The position numbers and the translations under genes were made by a program. From contig NC_068986.1 of assembly GCF_001194135.2 (NCBI RefSeq), forward strand, positions 11,058,013 to 11,122,012: 64,000 nucleotides of DNA, read 5' to 3'. Of this stretch, positions 51,270-63,764 are shown one piece after another. Under the pieces are notes generated by a model. The model was not told the origin of the DNA and did no database searches. It worked only from the letters and a program-made list of their open reading frames with translations. Within the stretch, counting starts at the first letter, position 1; each line of letters opens with the position of its first letter. Source of the stretch: Octopus bimaculoides. Taxonomy: Eukaryota.

Positions 51270-51660
51270 CGGTACAAGACCAGCAAATTTAGTGAAAGGA
51301 TGTGAAGCTGATTATATCGACCACCGTATTTGACTGGTATTATATTTCAATAACTCCGAAATGATAAAAGGCAAAAATTGATCTTGGCGTGATTTGAACT
51401 CGGAACGTAAAGATCCGGAAGAAATGGCGCTAAGCATTTTGTCCGACACGCGAACGACTCGGCTAACTCACCGGCTTACTACTGCTACGCTAAAATACAT
51501 TAGCGCGTCGGACAAAATTACTTAACGGTATTTCTTCCGACTCTTTATGATCTGAGTTCAAATCCCCTGGGACCAAATTTGACTTTCATCTTTCGGGGTC
51601 GGTGTAAACGACTAGCTCCCGTCCCACAAAATTTCAGGCCTTGTGCCTACACTAGAAAGT
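51270..51660. mobile_element. Head-to-head pair of family-B SINEs (51270-51475 minus, 51495-51660 plus)
   Basis: GATTTGAACTCGGAACGT..CATTTTGTCCGACACGCGAA is followed ~20 bp later by TTAGCGCGTCGGACAAAAT..CTGAGTTCAAATC. Confidence 0.75.
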
Positions 51661-53863
51661 ATTGTTGTTTTTTTATTTTCTTTCTCTTCCTAATTAATAC
51701 TGAAGTCAACAGTTCTTTTCATATACAGGGAACAAAAAATTTAAGTAGCAATTTTTTTTTTTTTTTTTTGGAGGGAAGCATTAAATTCCTGAAAGATTAA
51801 AATCTTTGGCCTAGTTTAATTAAATTAGCCAATTTTTTTTTTTTAAGATTTAAGAATTTAACTTTTGATAAGCTAGCTTCCCATCCAGGATAAGATTTCT
51901 GTTGGATTCACAGCTATTTAGTAGTTCTCAAGTGTGTTGTGGTATTTCTTTTACAAATTAGTTACATTTTTTTTTTCAGTGTCAATGATTGTAATCAAAG
52001 TATGAATGATGTTTTAATTTTGTGTCTTATGAAAAAGTTGTTGAAATCTTATAAATGCTGTTTTACTGGTGTAATAAAAGTCATCTTACTTGATTTCAAC
52101 TGGAAAAAAACTGGGATGTGACATATATGGGGCAAAGCTAAAACCATAAAGGGAAAAAGATTTCATATTAAGATTTAACACTAAATTAAGGGTGCGACAT
52201 ATAGACAAATGCCCCTTATACATAAGTAATTGTGGTAACTCTAGTCTTATGTGTGTGCAATCTTACTAAGGAAATATAAATTTTGTATATGTGGATATAT
52301 GGTTTGAGAAAATCATAAAAAATAGTCATCATCATTTTAATGTCCACTTTTCCTTGCTTGTATGGTTCAGAGGCAGGTTTTTTACAGTTGGATGCCCTTC
52401 CTGTCACCAACACTCATATGTATCCAAATAAGGTAATATTTCCCCATCGCTAGACATGTTTCAACAAATATTTGGAAATAACAGATACCGCTTGCGTAAC
52501 AATGAGCTGGCAGAAACATTAGCATGCCAGGCAAAATACTTAGCAGTATTTCGTCTGTCTTTACATTCTGAGTTCAAATTCTGCCAAAGTCGACTTTGCT
52601 TTTCATCCTTTCGGGGTCGATAAATTAAGCACCAGTTGCATACTGAGGTGGATCTCCGTCAAAATTTCGGGCCTTGTGCCCAGAGTAGAAGAGGATACTA
52701 ACACTTGTGTGCACACACACACTGATAGACTTCCTTCAGTTTCTGTCTGCCAAATCCATTCACAAGTCTTTGGTCAATTCTGGCCTATAGTAGAAGACAC
52801 TTGCCAAAAGTGCCATGCAGTGGGATTGTACCTGAAACATCATAGTTGGGAAACTAGGCTTCTCAACCATCCTGCCATGCCTGTGCCTATATAAAAAGGT
52901 AAATCCACATGGTTAGAATTTCCTGACAATCTGGTGTCTATTCTTAAAAGCTGTAGTGGTGTTAAAACGAAAGCCAGTTGTGATTCAGCTCCATAAATGA
53001 AAAGGATTTTGAAAGTTTGAACTGGTTCAGTTTGTAACAGTGCTGAGAATATTAAATCTCCTACTGGACAAGATTTTAGTCTACTACAGGTCACATTTCC
53101 TGTGACAGAATTGGACTTAGCACTACAAGCTGTCAATTCAGCATTGCTGCCATGACCTACAAATGGTAAATTATTAATGTTGAGAGTTTCAACCTGCGAA
53201 CACAACCTAGGGCTGCTGATGTGGTATATCAACTGTCAGTTTCTTGACTGGCTCTTTGGCATTCTGCTGAGATGGACAAGTTCTGCTCCCTTTTGTAAAA
53301 ATAAGAGTATGAAAATGATTAGAATAAATAATTTGAAGCTCAATGTAGAAAATAGCAATGCAGAAATATTGAGATAAGCTGCCTTTGTTATGAAATTTTG
53401 ATTGAAGGTTTGGAACGAGGGACAGTCTCAGACAGATTGTCTATCAAAAGAGTTTGATAGAATAATTTGATAAAATACCTCTGTTATTATTAAGCTAGCG
53501 TTTCAAATATCAATTAACGGGAAATTTTGATGGAAAGTTTTTAATTCACTTTAAAACAGGAAGTTTGTATCCTAGAACCAAGAATGGTCTCAGGTGGGTT
53601 GGTATCAAAAGAATTCAGAAATATCAATCTTGATTATTTAAAAGAAATTCCTGCAGAATATTTGAAATTCTGCATGTGGATTGAGAAGTTTTATATTACT
53701 ACTTGTAAATGTTTTGTGGAAGCAAAGATCAACTCAAACTGGATTATTTTATTTTTTCCCGAAATGTTTAATTTGATTGTCTGAGATTTTGTTGTTAACA
53801 TTTAAGTGCAATAAATTGGTTAAAATTTTGTGATACACAAAATATTTTAACAATTTTTTTATA

Positions 53864-54227
53864 GGCACAGGAGTGGCTGTGTGGTAAGTAGCTTGCTTAC
53901 TAATCACATGATCCTGGGTTCAGTCCCACTGTGTGGCACCTTGGCCAAGTGTCTTCTACTATAGCCTTCGGCTGACCAAAGCCTTGTGAGTGGATTTGGT
54001 AGATAGAAACTGAGAGAAGCCTGTCATATATATATATGTGTGTGTGTCTGTGTTTGTCCCCTAGCATCGCTTGACAACCGATGGTAGCGTGTCTACATCC
54101 CTGTAGCTTAGCAGTTTGGCAAAAGAGGCCAATGCTTACAAAGAATAAGTCCTGGGGTCAATTTGTTCGACTAAAGGCAGTGCTCCAGCATGGCCACAGT
54201 GAAATGACTGAGATAAAAATAAAAGAA
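53864..54227 (+). mobile_element. Family-A SINE, well-preserved reference copy (tRNA-like head, CORE-like GGCACCTTGGGCAAGTG segment, internal (TA)/(TG) microsatellite, A-rich tail)
   Basis: It has an A-box-like GGCTGTGTGGTAAG and a B-box-like GGTTCAGTCCC. Similar copies lie at ~1940-2100(-), 3188-3548(+), 9500-9860(+), 12378-12760(-), 37400-37650(-), 52700-52890(-), 56660-57200(-), 60765-61100(+) and 61270-61430(-). It is probably one of the known octopus OR/OK SINE types; the name is not verified. Confidence 0.85.
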
Positions 54228-56871
54228 TACAATTCTTAATAAGAATACAGTACAATTTTTTTTATATATATACATTGAGGCCCAGTGGTATAAAATAGGA
54301 ATGAAAGGGGTCCATTGGCAAAAAATGGTTGGGAACTACTGATTTAGAATGTCTAAGCTTTTAGGTGAGGTGTCTTATTAGATTCCTTATTAAATCCAAT
54401 AGTTGTTTTTTTCTTTAATGTTATTCCATAGGAATCAAGGGGAATGACACCCTTCAGTGTTGTCAGCAAAAAATTCATATTTTTCACTCTATAAACCATA
54501 CATCGTCATCGTCATATGGCCGTTTGACCAGGGCTGGAAGGCTGCATCAGACTCCACTCTGATTTGGCATGAAATTCTGCAGCCGGATGCCTTAACACCA
54601 ACTACCCCAAGAATCTAAAGTGTGCTTTTACGTGCAAAAAGGGATACTGAAAGCAGCATAATTTAGCTGTCAATGGATTAATCTTATAATTTGAAGAAAT
54701 GTTTTTACTGATATGACTATAGAAAGTAACATCATGAGAGAGAGAAAAAATAAAGTGGGAATGCTAACTCTCAGTGTTAATGTTATCATGTAGCGGATTA
54801 AATTAGTTTTCTCTAGTTGAAATCTTCAATAATAATAGAAACACGAAAACCACAATTTGATGAAAATGTATTAAAATTAGAATTTTTAAGAATTTTCTAG
54901 ACAATGTAGACTTTAATTGTTTTCTTTTAGTAACTAATTAATAAGTAACCTTCTTTATTATATGACAGCAGAGATACCTAATGGCCTCTTTAAAAAGACA
55001 AGGCATGAGTTTCTTACTATCTTTCAACTCTGGGGCCCTCTGATTGTCTAGAGCTGTGATGTTTGATCTATAAGGGATTATTTAAAATGTAATTTAATGT
55101 GTTCAGTAAATATTTATGCTTGAGTGTTTAGAAAAAATGTGTTGGCAATTTTGTTATATGTGAGTATGGTTTATAAAAGAGGGTAAGCAATGCATTATTT
55201 TTTCTAAATTTCAATTAAAAATTTTTTGTACAAAGTGTGGCAGTAGTTTCTAACTTTCATTTCTGTGTTATTTTTGTCTCTTTTTTTTTGATGCCCGCAT
55301 GAGTTAGGTAAATATATTGGGGCATTGTTTTACAGCCGGCATGCTCTTCCTGTTGATAACCTTTACATGTTTTTTTAAGTAAGAGATTTCTTATTTCACA
55401 CTCTTTGAAGGTACACTACCAACAAACAATTTGTTTACAGGGGAAATGACAACAATGTCACCAGTTGTACAGTGATTTTGGAGAGGTACAGATGCATGTG
55501 TGCAAACACACACATAGTCTAACACGTATGTATATGCATAAGGAGAGGTGAGTATTTTTTCCATAGTAGTGGCACTAGTGAGGTCTACCAGGGAACTTGT
55601 AAGCCAAGGCCCCATTCAACTGAGTGGAGGTGTAATATATTGAGGAAGGTAGCCTTATGCCAGGTGTCAAAGGATCAAAGTATGTAGGGGAGGTACATGG
55701 CTACCCCAGATGGAACAAGAGAAAAGAATGATGGTAAAGAGGTGTCAGGGTGTACCCTCAACATACAAGAAGGTGAATATAAAAGAAAATATAAACAGAG
55801 AATCAGAATGGTAAGGTGGGAATTAAAAAAAAAATTTCATAGAATTTTCTTTGTTCTACCAATTCTGCCCTCCAACATCTTTGAATATTTAAACCTGATA
55901 CCATTTTGGCAATCTGGTGAATAGTTGATTGCTTAACCATCATCATAGGTTTAAAGTCCTATCAAGTAGTTACACATCAGATTACTTGCTGCCAAAACGA
56001 ACCAGTTGAAAAAAAATAACCATTTTATTATGGTTGACTGAGGAAAGAAATCTAGCTGTCAAACTGGCGAACTGTTAATTATTTGTCATGCAAAATATCC
56101 AAATATGGACAAACATCCAACTTCTATTAGCAGAAGAGAAGTAAATATTAAAAAAAAAAATCGAATGAAATGAAATGTTTTTAAAAAAATTCAAAATCAT
56201 AAGTTCATATTTTTGAAATCTCCATCTTGATGCTATTTGCAGTCTTGCTGCTTATAGTGAAGGAGAAGAAAAAATATATTTAAATAACCATTTACAATAT
56301 TTCCATTTTTATTGAACTGATTGAAAATATCAATTTAAATGTCATAGTGCTATTAGATAATTGACATTTTGAATTATCTTAATTTTATTGTCAGTTGTAA
56401 CATCTCACCAGTTGTGTGTGTGTGTTTATTTATCAATATGTATCTATATCAATACACACACAGAAGTTTAGGAAAATGTTAGATTTGTGATCATATGAAG
56501 ATGTTTTAATCTTGAGTTGTCAAACAAAAATACAGAATTGTGAGATCATTTGATCTTTAAAACTGGATTATGTTCTCAAACAGCTCCTCATTTTCATATT
56601 TTCAGTACCTTTCCAATCTTAGGTCTTTTATATTTTATATTTTGCTTTTTAACTATTTTAGTCATTGGAATGTGGCCATGCTGAAGCACTGCCTTGAAGA
56701 GTTTAGTACTTATTCTATCATTCTCTTTTGGCAAACCACTAAGTTAGAACACCAGTTGTCAAGAGGTGGGGTGACAACACAGCACAGAGACACACATATA
56801 TGTCAGGCTTCCAAACATTTTCTGTCTACCAAATTCACTTACAAGGCATTGGTTGGCCTGGGGCTATAAGA

Positions 56872-57130
56872 CAGTGGTTCCCAAAGTGGGTAGTACCCCC
56901 CTGGTGGGGTGGGGGTTGGAAAGATTGGGCAGTGGGGTGACCAAAATGGGGCAATGGATGTAAAAAGAAAAACAAAATAAAGGGTTAATTAGGTTAAGAC
57001 TTATTTGTGAAGTATTGTTGTTTTGAATTTGCTGCAGAAAATGGTTTGTGTCTGTGATAGTGAGTAGAAGGGTGGGCACTAGGAATGTGACCTTAGAACC
57101 AAGGCAGCCTGAAAAAGTTTGGCACCACTG
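56872..57130. mobile_element. hAT-type MITE inserted in a family-A SINE
   Basis: The termini are CAGTGGTTCCCAAA and TTTGGCACCACTG, and the 8-bp TSD is CTATAAGA/GTATAAGA. SINE sequence resumes on both sides. Confidence 0.8.
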
Positions 57131-58038
57131 GTATAAGACACTTCCCCCAGGGTGCTGTGTTGTGGGACTGAACATGAAAACCATGTGGTTGGGAGGTGAA
57201 TATTTTAAAATTCTTGGTAATTATTTTATTGAACCCAGAAAATATGAAATGCAAGTCAGCTTCTGGCAAGATTTCATCTCAGAATACATTACAGCATGAA
57301 AATAATCAAAGCAAGGTTCTACTGAATTGAGACATTGCTACCAACATCTAACAAAAGATTAATACAAGAAATTTTACCTGTTGTTCCATTGTCTCTGAAA
57401 ATTCCACTACTCCAGCTTCAGATATATCTGTGTAGTTAAGAAGCTAGCTTCCCAACCATATGGTTCCAGGTTCAGTCCCACTGCATGGTACTTTAGGCAA
57501 GTGTCTTTTGCTATAGATCTGGGTTAACCAATGCTTTTTTGTATGGATATGGTGGACTAAACTGGCAGTCCACTGGTTACAACGACAAACCTACAGTTGA
57601 TCTGTGAAATTAATGTGCAAGTGGCTGAGCATTCCACAAACACATGTACCCTTAATGTAGTTCTCAGAGAGATTCAGCATGACACAGAATGCGATAAGAC
57701 TGGCCTTTTGAATTACAGGTACAACTCATTTTTCCCAGTGTGAAATAAAGTGTCTTGCTCAAGGACAACACACCACCAGGAATTGCACTCATGGCCTTAA
57801 GATTGTGAACTGAATACCTTAACCATTAAACCATATGCTTTTGGTAGACAGAAACTGAAAGAAGTCCATTGTGTGTGTGTGTGTGTGCACGTTTATATTT
57901 CTTTGTTTTGGTGTCATGTGATGGTGGTAAATGAGTGTTATACAAGTAATGTCATTCGTGAGAACATGTTTGGCTATGGGGAACTATTATCTTGCTTGGA
58001 AGCTGGTGGTGGTTGGCAAGAGGAAGGGCATCTTGCTA

Positions 58039-60404
58039 TAGAAAATCTACCTCAATAAATTCAGGCCCATACATGTATGATGGTTCTAAAGGGAGAAGGT
58101 ACCTATGTTATTGATTTAAGCTTTAACAGAATAACTTGTAAAAGAGAAAAAAAGTGTTATCCGACATTTGAAAAGCTTTCAATGATGATATAAATCAACT
58201 GAATTTTTGTGTTGACCTTTCTGATTGGATACTGCATATAATCTCATTAGTTTAAGTCTGAGAAAGCCAAATTTTACTATTTAATTTTAATTTAAAACCT
58301 AATGAAATGAAATAAATGGTACCACTAGGAAGAAAAATAATTACAGGTCTTCATTAGCTGAGAGCTTACCTACTACCATTCTATGCATGCACATCATCAT
58401 CATCATCATCATCATCATTTAATGTCTCTTTTCCATGTTGGCGTGGGTTGGACAGTTTAACAGGAGCTAGTAAGGTTAGGGGCTGCACCAGATTCCAGTT
58501 GTCTGTTTTGGCATGTTTTCTATGGCTGGATGCACTTTCTCTTTCTAATGCGAACCACTTTACAAAGTGTACTGGATGCTTTTTATGTGGCACCAGCACC
58601 AACAGGGTTACCAAGCATCTCGCAAGACAAAATCCTCTCTCATCTGGGAGGAGGAAGTAGTAGTAAGTGGGGAGGTGGCTTTGTGACAGTGAGAGATTCA
58701 TCATCATCATCATCATCGTTTAACGTCCGCCTTCCATGCTAGCATGGGTTGGACGATTTGACTGAGGACTGGTGAAACCGGATGGCAACACCCGGCTCCA
58801 ATCTAATTTGGCAGAGTTTCTACAGCTGGATGCCCTTCCTAACGCCAACCACTCAGAGAGTATAGTGGGTGCTTTTACGTGTCACCCGCACGAAAACGGC
58901 CACGCTCGAAATGGTGTCTTTTATGTGCCACCCGCACAAGAGCCAGTCCAGGGGCACCGGCAACGATCTCGCTTGAAAAANNNNNNNNNNAAAAGCCTCA
59001 TGTGTCGCTCGCACACGAGCCAGCCCGAAAGGAACAGGATTAGGTGTCTTGCTGTATGTACATATGTATAGACAGCCATGTATACCAAATTACATTTTAG
59101 TCATTTTCATTGCGTTCATTTCCAAATTTATTTATTAATAGTTTGAGACAATAGCATAACAGATTAGTGTTGTTTAGCTCCAGGTAAGGACTATTATTTT
59201 CAGACATGTCTAAGAAGAGGGGTTGACTAGGGTCTCTCTCAACCAGCTTATTGTAGAAACTAAGCTACTGACAGATTGCTGTGCTAACCAATATGTATGT
59301 GACCAAGTGGTACTCAAGATCATGGTTTCAACTCCCAGACCAGACAGTGTGTTGTGTTCTTGTGCAAAACACTTCGTGTTTCTCCTAGAACACTTCATGT
59401 TTCTCTAGAAAATCTACCTCAATAAATTCAGGCCCATGCATGTATGATGGTTCTAAAGGGAGAAGGTACCTATGTTATTGATTTAAGCTTTAACAGAGAA
59501 TAACTTGTAAAAGAGAAAAAAAGTGTTATCCGACATTTGAAAAGCTTTCAATGATGATATAAATCAACTGAATTTTTGTGTTGACCTTTCTGATTGGATA
59601 CTGCATATAATCTCATTAGTTTAAGTCTGAGAAAGCCAAATTTTACTATTTAATTTTAATTTAAAACCTAATGAAATGAAATAAATGGTACCACTAGGAA
59701 GAAAAATAATTACAGGTCTTCATTAGCTGAGAGCTTACCTATTACCATTCTATGCATGCACATCATCATCATCATCATTTAATGTCTCTTTTCCATGTTG
59801 GCGTGGGTTGGACAGTTTAACAGGAGCTAGTAAGGTTAGGGGCTGCACCAGATTCCAGTTGTCTGTTTTGGCATGTTTTCTATGGCCGGATGCACTTTCT
59901 CTTTCTAATGCGAACCACTTTACAAAGTGTACTGGACGCTTTTTATGTGGCACCAGCACCAACAGGGTTACCAAGCATCTCGCAAGACAAAATCCCCTCT
60001 CACCTGTGGGGAGGTGGCTTTGTGACAGTGAGAGATTAGAGGTATAAAGGAACAGGATTAGGTGTCTTGCTGTATCTACATATGTATAGACAGCCATGTA
60101 TACCAAATTACATTTTAGTCATTTTCATTGCGTTCATTTCCAAATTTATTTATTAATAGTTTGAGACAATAGCATAACAGATTAGTATTGTTTAGCTCCA
60201 GGTAAGCACTATTATTTTCAGACATGTCTAAGAAGAAGGGTTGACTAGGGTCTCTCTCAACCAGCTTATTGTAGAAACTAAGCTACTGACAGACTGCTGT
60301 GCTAACCAATAGGTATGTGACCAAGTGGTACTCAAGATCATGGTTTCAACTCCCAGACCGGACAGTGTGTTGTGATCTTGTGCAAAATACTTTGTGTTTC
60401 TCCT
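58039..60404 (+). repeat. Tandem ~1-kb duplication (58039-59386 and 59406-60404)
   Basis: Both copies begin TAGAAAATCTACCTCAATAAATTCAGGCCC and end GTGTTTCTCCT. They are near-identical except for a few SNVs, small indels and the retroelement insertion. Confidence 0.9.
58699..58980 (-). mobile_element. Young RTE-tail element, present in only one copy of the tandem duplication
   Basis: It begins (CAT)6-CGTTTAACGTCCGCCTTCCATGCTAGCATGGG and runs into the 10-N gap. It is absent at the orthologous position (~60038) of the second copy. Confidence 0.85.
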
Positions 60405-61980
60405 GGCCAATCAGCTGTGCACGAGTAACCCTATGGTGGACTGGCGTACCATTCTAGTGGAAAGTTCTGATCTCAGTTACTTATACACGAGGGAAACTGA
60501 GTAACCGGTCACATGGGTTTTACAACTCAAAGACTGGAATGTCCAAGGGTTTATGATAAAGATGTGCTGTCTGGCATCTTCATCATCATCATTGTTTTAA
60601 CATCTACTTTCCCATGGATCAAACAAGAGTATGTTGGGGCAGAGTTTTTCCAACAGCTGGATCCCTTTCTTGTTGCTATCCCCTATATGTTTTCAGCTGA
60701 GGTAAGAATTCTCCTGGACATGTCTTATGCAGCGAACCTTTTGTTTACATGGGTGCAGGTGTGGTTGTGTGGTAAGAAGCTTACTTTCCGACCACATGGT
60801 TCCAAGTTCAGTCCCACTGTGTGACAATTGTCTTTTACTTGGGCTGACAAAAGTCTTGTGAGTGGTTTTGGTAGACAGAAACTGAAAGAAACTTGTATAT
60901 GTATCTATGTGTGTTTTTGTCTGCCACACTGTTGGTGTGTTTATGTCCCTGTAATCTAGCAGTTCAGCAAAAGATACTGATAAAATAAGTACCAGGGTTC
61001 AAAAAAAAAAAACAAGTCCTGGGTTGATTCATTCAACTAAAATTCTTCCAGACAATGCCCCAGAATGGCCACAGTCTAATGACTGAGCAGGTAAAAAAAT
61101 AAAGACAACGATTACACCTGTCAGGAAAGCTGGACATGGTTTCAAGTGGGGCTGCAAGCAAGCAATAGGAATAGTAAGGCTATTGTTTGCAATAAGCCAA
61201 CAAACAGACATGTAAATGAAGAAAATACAAACTCATTCAAACACTCGCATGTGGTGATGATGATGATGATCCGATGGGCTTCTTTCAGTTTCTGTCTACT
61301 AAATCCACACAAAAGGGTTTGATTGATCCAGGGTTATAGTAAAAAACGTTTGACTTTCATACCACGTAGTGAGACTGAACCCAAAACCACATGGTCATGA
61401 AATGAATTTCTTAACCACGTAGCCATGTCAGCATCTCACCAAAACTTCATTGCAACTAAATTGATTATCTTTTATTTTTAAAATCTGATGAAATTAAAAA
61501 CAACCTCGTTTCATTATTTTTTGTTTGTTCATGTCAAATTTTTTTTTTTTTGCAAATAAAGCTTCTTTAAAAAATGTATTTCTGTTTAAAACATTGTTTT
61601 CTTCTGTTTGTATTTGAGTAGTATTTTAATGCTTACAAACAGATTGAATGATTAAATTTGTCTGAGTAAAAATGTTAAATTATAGGTTTATTGAATATGT
61701 AAGAATGGCAGGACGAAGATTTATGTAATTTGAAAATTGATTACAAAAACCAAACTTTCAATCATCAGAACCAGTTTTCCTTCTTTTCAATGTAAATGTT
61801 ATTTTGATTTAAGAAATCCTTTAAAAATATCAGAAAAATTATTATTGTAAATTATTTTTTATCATCATTTTTAGCATTAGCATTATTAGTATTAAGGTGG
61901 CAAGATGATGAAATGGTTTGTACACCTCGCAAATTGATTAGTAACATTTCACCTGTCTTTACATTCCGAGTTCAAATTAT

Positions 61981-62326
61981 CAAACCTGGGGACCAAACTA
62001 TTAATTAACGAAGTTAACATTTTCATTAATGATTTAGCTTTTAAGTTAACTTTGGAAATCATTCTCAGACTAATTAACTTCCGTTAACTTCAATTGAATT
62101 GAAGTTAACGGATTTTATGGTTTTGGCACTTTTTAAAGGCGCTTTTAGGTAATTTTAGAGCAAAAACTGATTTATTGTTTTTTTTTTATAATAAAAATTA
62201 ATGTTAATGGTTTATCAATAACTTCCGTTACATTTTAAAAGAATTAACGATTATCAAAGTTAACTTTTTGGTTAATGGATTAACAGTTAACGAAGTTAAC
62301 TTTTGGATTAACAGTGCCCACCTTTG
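61981..62326. mobile_element. hAT-like MITE with seven GTTAAC motifs, inserted in a family-B SINE
   Basis: The 8-bp TSD is CAAATTAT/CAAATTCT, duplicating the SINE B-box region. The termini are CAAA..TGGG and CCCA..TTTG. Confidence 0.7.
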
Positions 62327-62739
62327 CAAATTCTGCTGAAATCAACTTTGCTTTTCATCCTTTTGATATGGATAAAATAGGTACCAGCGATACACTAGCC
62401 TTCTTCCCCAAAATTTCAGGCCTTGTGCCTACACTAGAAAGGATTATTATTAACATTGTAATACTGCTATAATGGCAACAGAAAAAGGGAGCACTAAAGA
62501 CAGATAAAATATATTTAATCTCAAAAAGAGTCAACAAAACAATTTAATTGAAGTCACATTTTAATCAAATACCTTCATCAACTAAGAAAAAAATGTCTCA
62601 ACTTGGTTGGTGGGTCCCTTTCATCTGACTGCTTCTCGGTTTAAAGAATTGCTCCCTACTCTTTGCTACTGAGCCTTTCCTGATTAGCAATGAAATATCA
62701 ATTCTCTATAATCATATCTAGTGAAAATGACAATGGTTA

Positions 62740-63715
62740 GCACCCAATGAAAATGAAGAATCCATCCTGAACCAGGAATACACTAAAAAACAGTTATGTT
62801 GTGGGTTTGATGGGATGTGAAGGGTGTAATCGATTATGAAGTGTTAAACAAAATACTCAATGTGACAGTCCCATAAAAGGGAAGAATGCTACTGTTATTT
62901 AGCCCTAGGAAACATTTCCTGTGTCCTTATGTTTGCAAAGTAGAGACAAGCACCTCCACCCAGAAAAGCCAGCATCCAGAGACTAGTTTCATAGTCATTG
63001 CTCATCATCAGTCTGGAATAGCATGGCTTGCTAGCTGTTGATGCCTATCTGCCTTTGAAAACAGGCATCAACAGCTAGCAAGCCATGCTATTCCAGACTG
63101 ATGATGAGCAATGACTCTGAAACTAGTCTCTAGATGCTGGCTTTTCTGGGTAGAGGTGCTTGTCTCTACTTTGAAAACATAAGAACACAGGAAATGTGTC
63201 AAATCCAACAGGAAACGGTGTTTCCTAGGGTTAAATAACAGTAGCATTCTTCCCGTTTATGGGACTGTCACATTAAATTGGCAACATGCTATCACTTTAT
63301 CATGCTGCTGCTGCATAAATCTCTGAGAAATTTAGAAATATATTATTTCCAAAATACTTAATGTGGAGAAATATTGTCAAAAGCTTGCCAGAAAAAGCAC
63401 CCATCGTTGATCAATTTTAAAGGGACATTGCTCTTGCATGATAATGCAAGATTACATATTGCTCAAGTCACCCCGGAAAAGATTATGACACTAAATATGG
63501 AAGTTCTTCCTCACCAGACTTTGCACTATATGACTCATTTTTTTTTTTTCAGATTCTTGCAACATTGAAAGAAAACAATAAATTGTGAAATGGTTGATGA
63601 TGTTAGCTAGTGTTTCTTTGCATCAAAACCTGAATTATTTTACACCCAAAAGGATCGACAATTTACTAAATAAATGGGATTGTGTTAGCAATAATGAGCA
63701 GGATATATTATCTTG
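62740..63715 (+). mobile_element. Mariner transposase pseudogene remnant, split by an insertion at ~62865-63350
   Basis: Translated pieces are HPEPGIH*KTVMLWV*WDVKGVIDYEVL, NVEKYCQKL, LLLHDNARLHIAQVTPEKIMTLNMEVLPH..FRFLQH and FFASKPELFY..IDNLLNKWDCV, which are mariner DD34D catalytic-domain motifs. Confidence 0.85.
62859..63274. repeat. 416-bp near-perfect foldback (arms ~190 bp, 16-nt loop at 63047-63062), MITE-like
   Basis: The left arm AATGTGACAGTCCCATAAA...GCTGTTGATGCCT pairs with the right arm AGGCATCAACAGC...TTTATGGGACTGTCACATT. The right arm carries a ~24-nt extra segment. Confidence 0.9.
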
Positions 63716-63764
63716 ATGAAATACATCAATTCTGATAAAGAAGCATATTGTTTCTCGTCTTGAA

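Noticed and set aside
52840-53232. 130-aa minus ORF and a 45-codon open plus-strand stretch ending near a GTAAAT
   Set aside because: The plus frame has an in-frame TGA before the donor, the acceptor is weak and there is no recognisable motif. It is not supportable as an exon.
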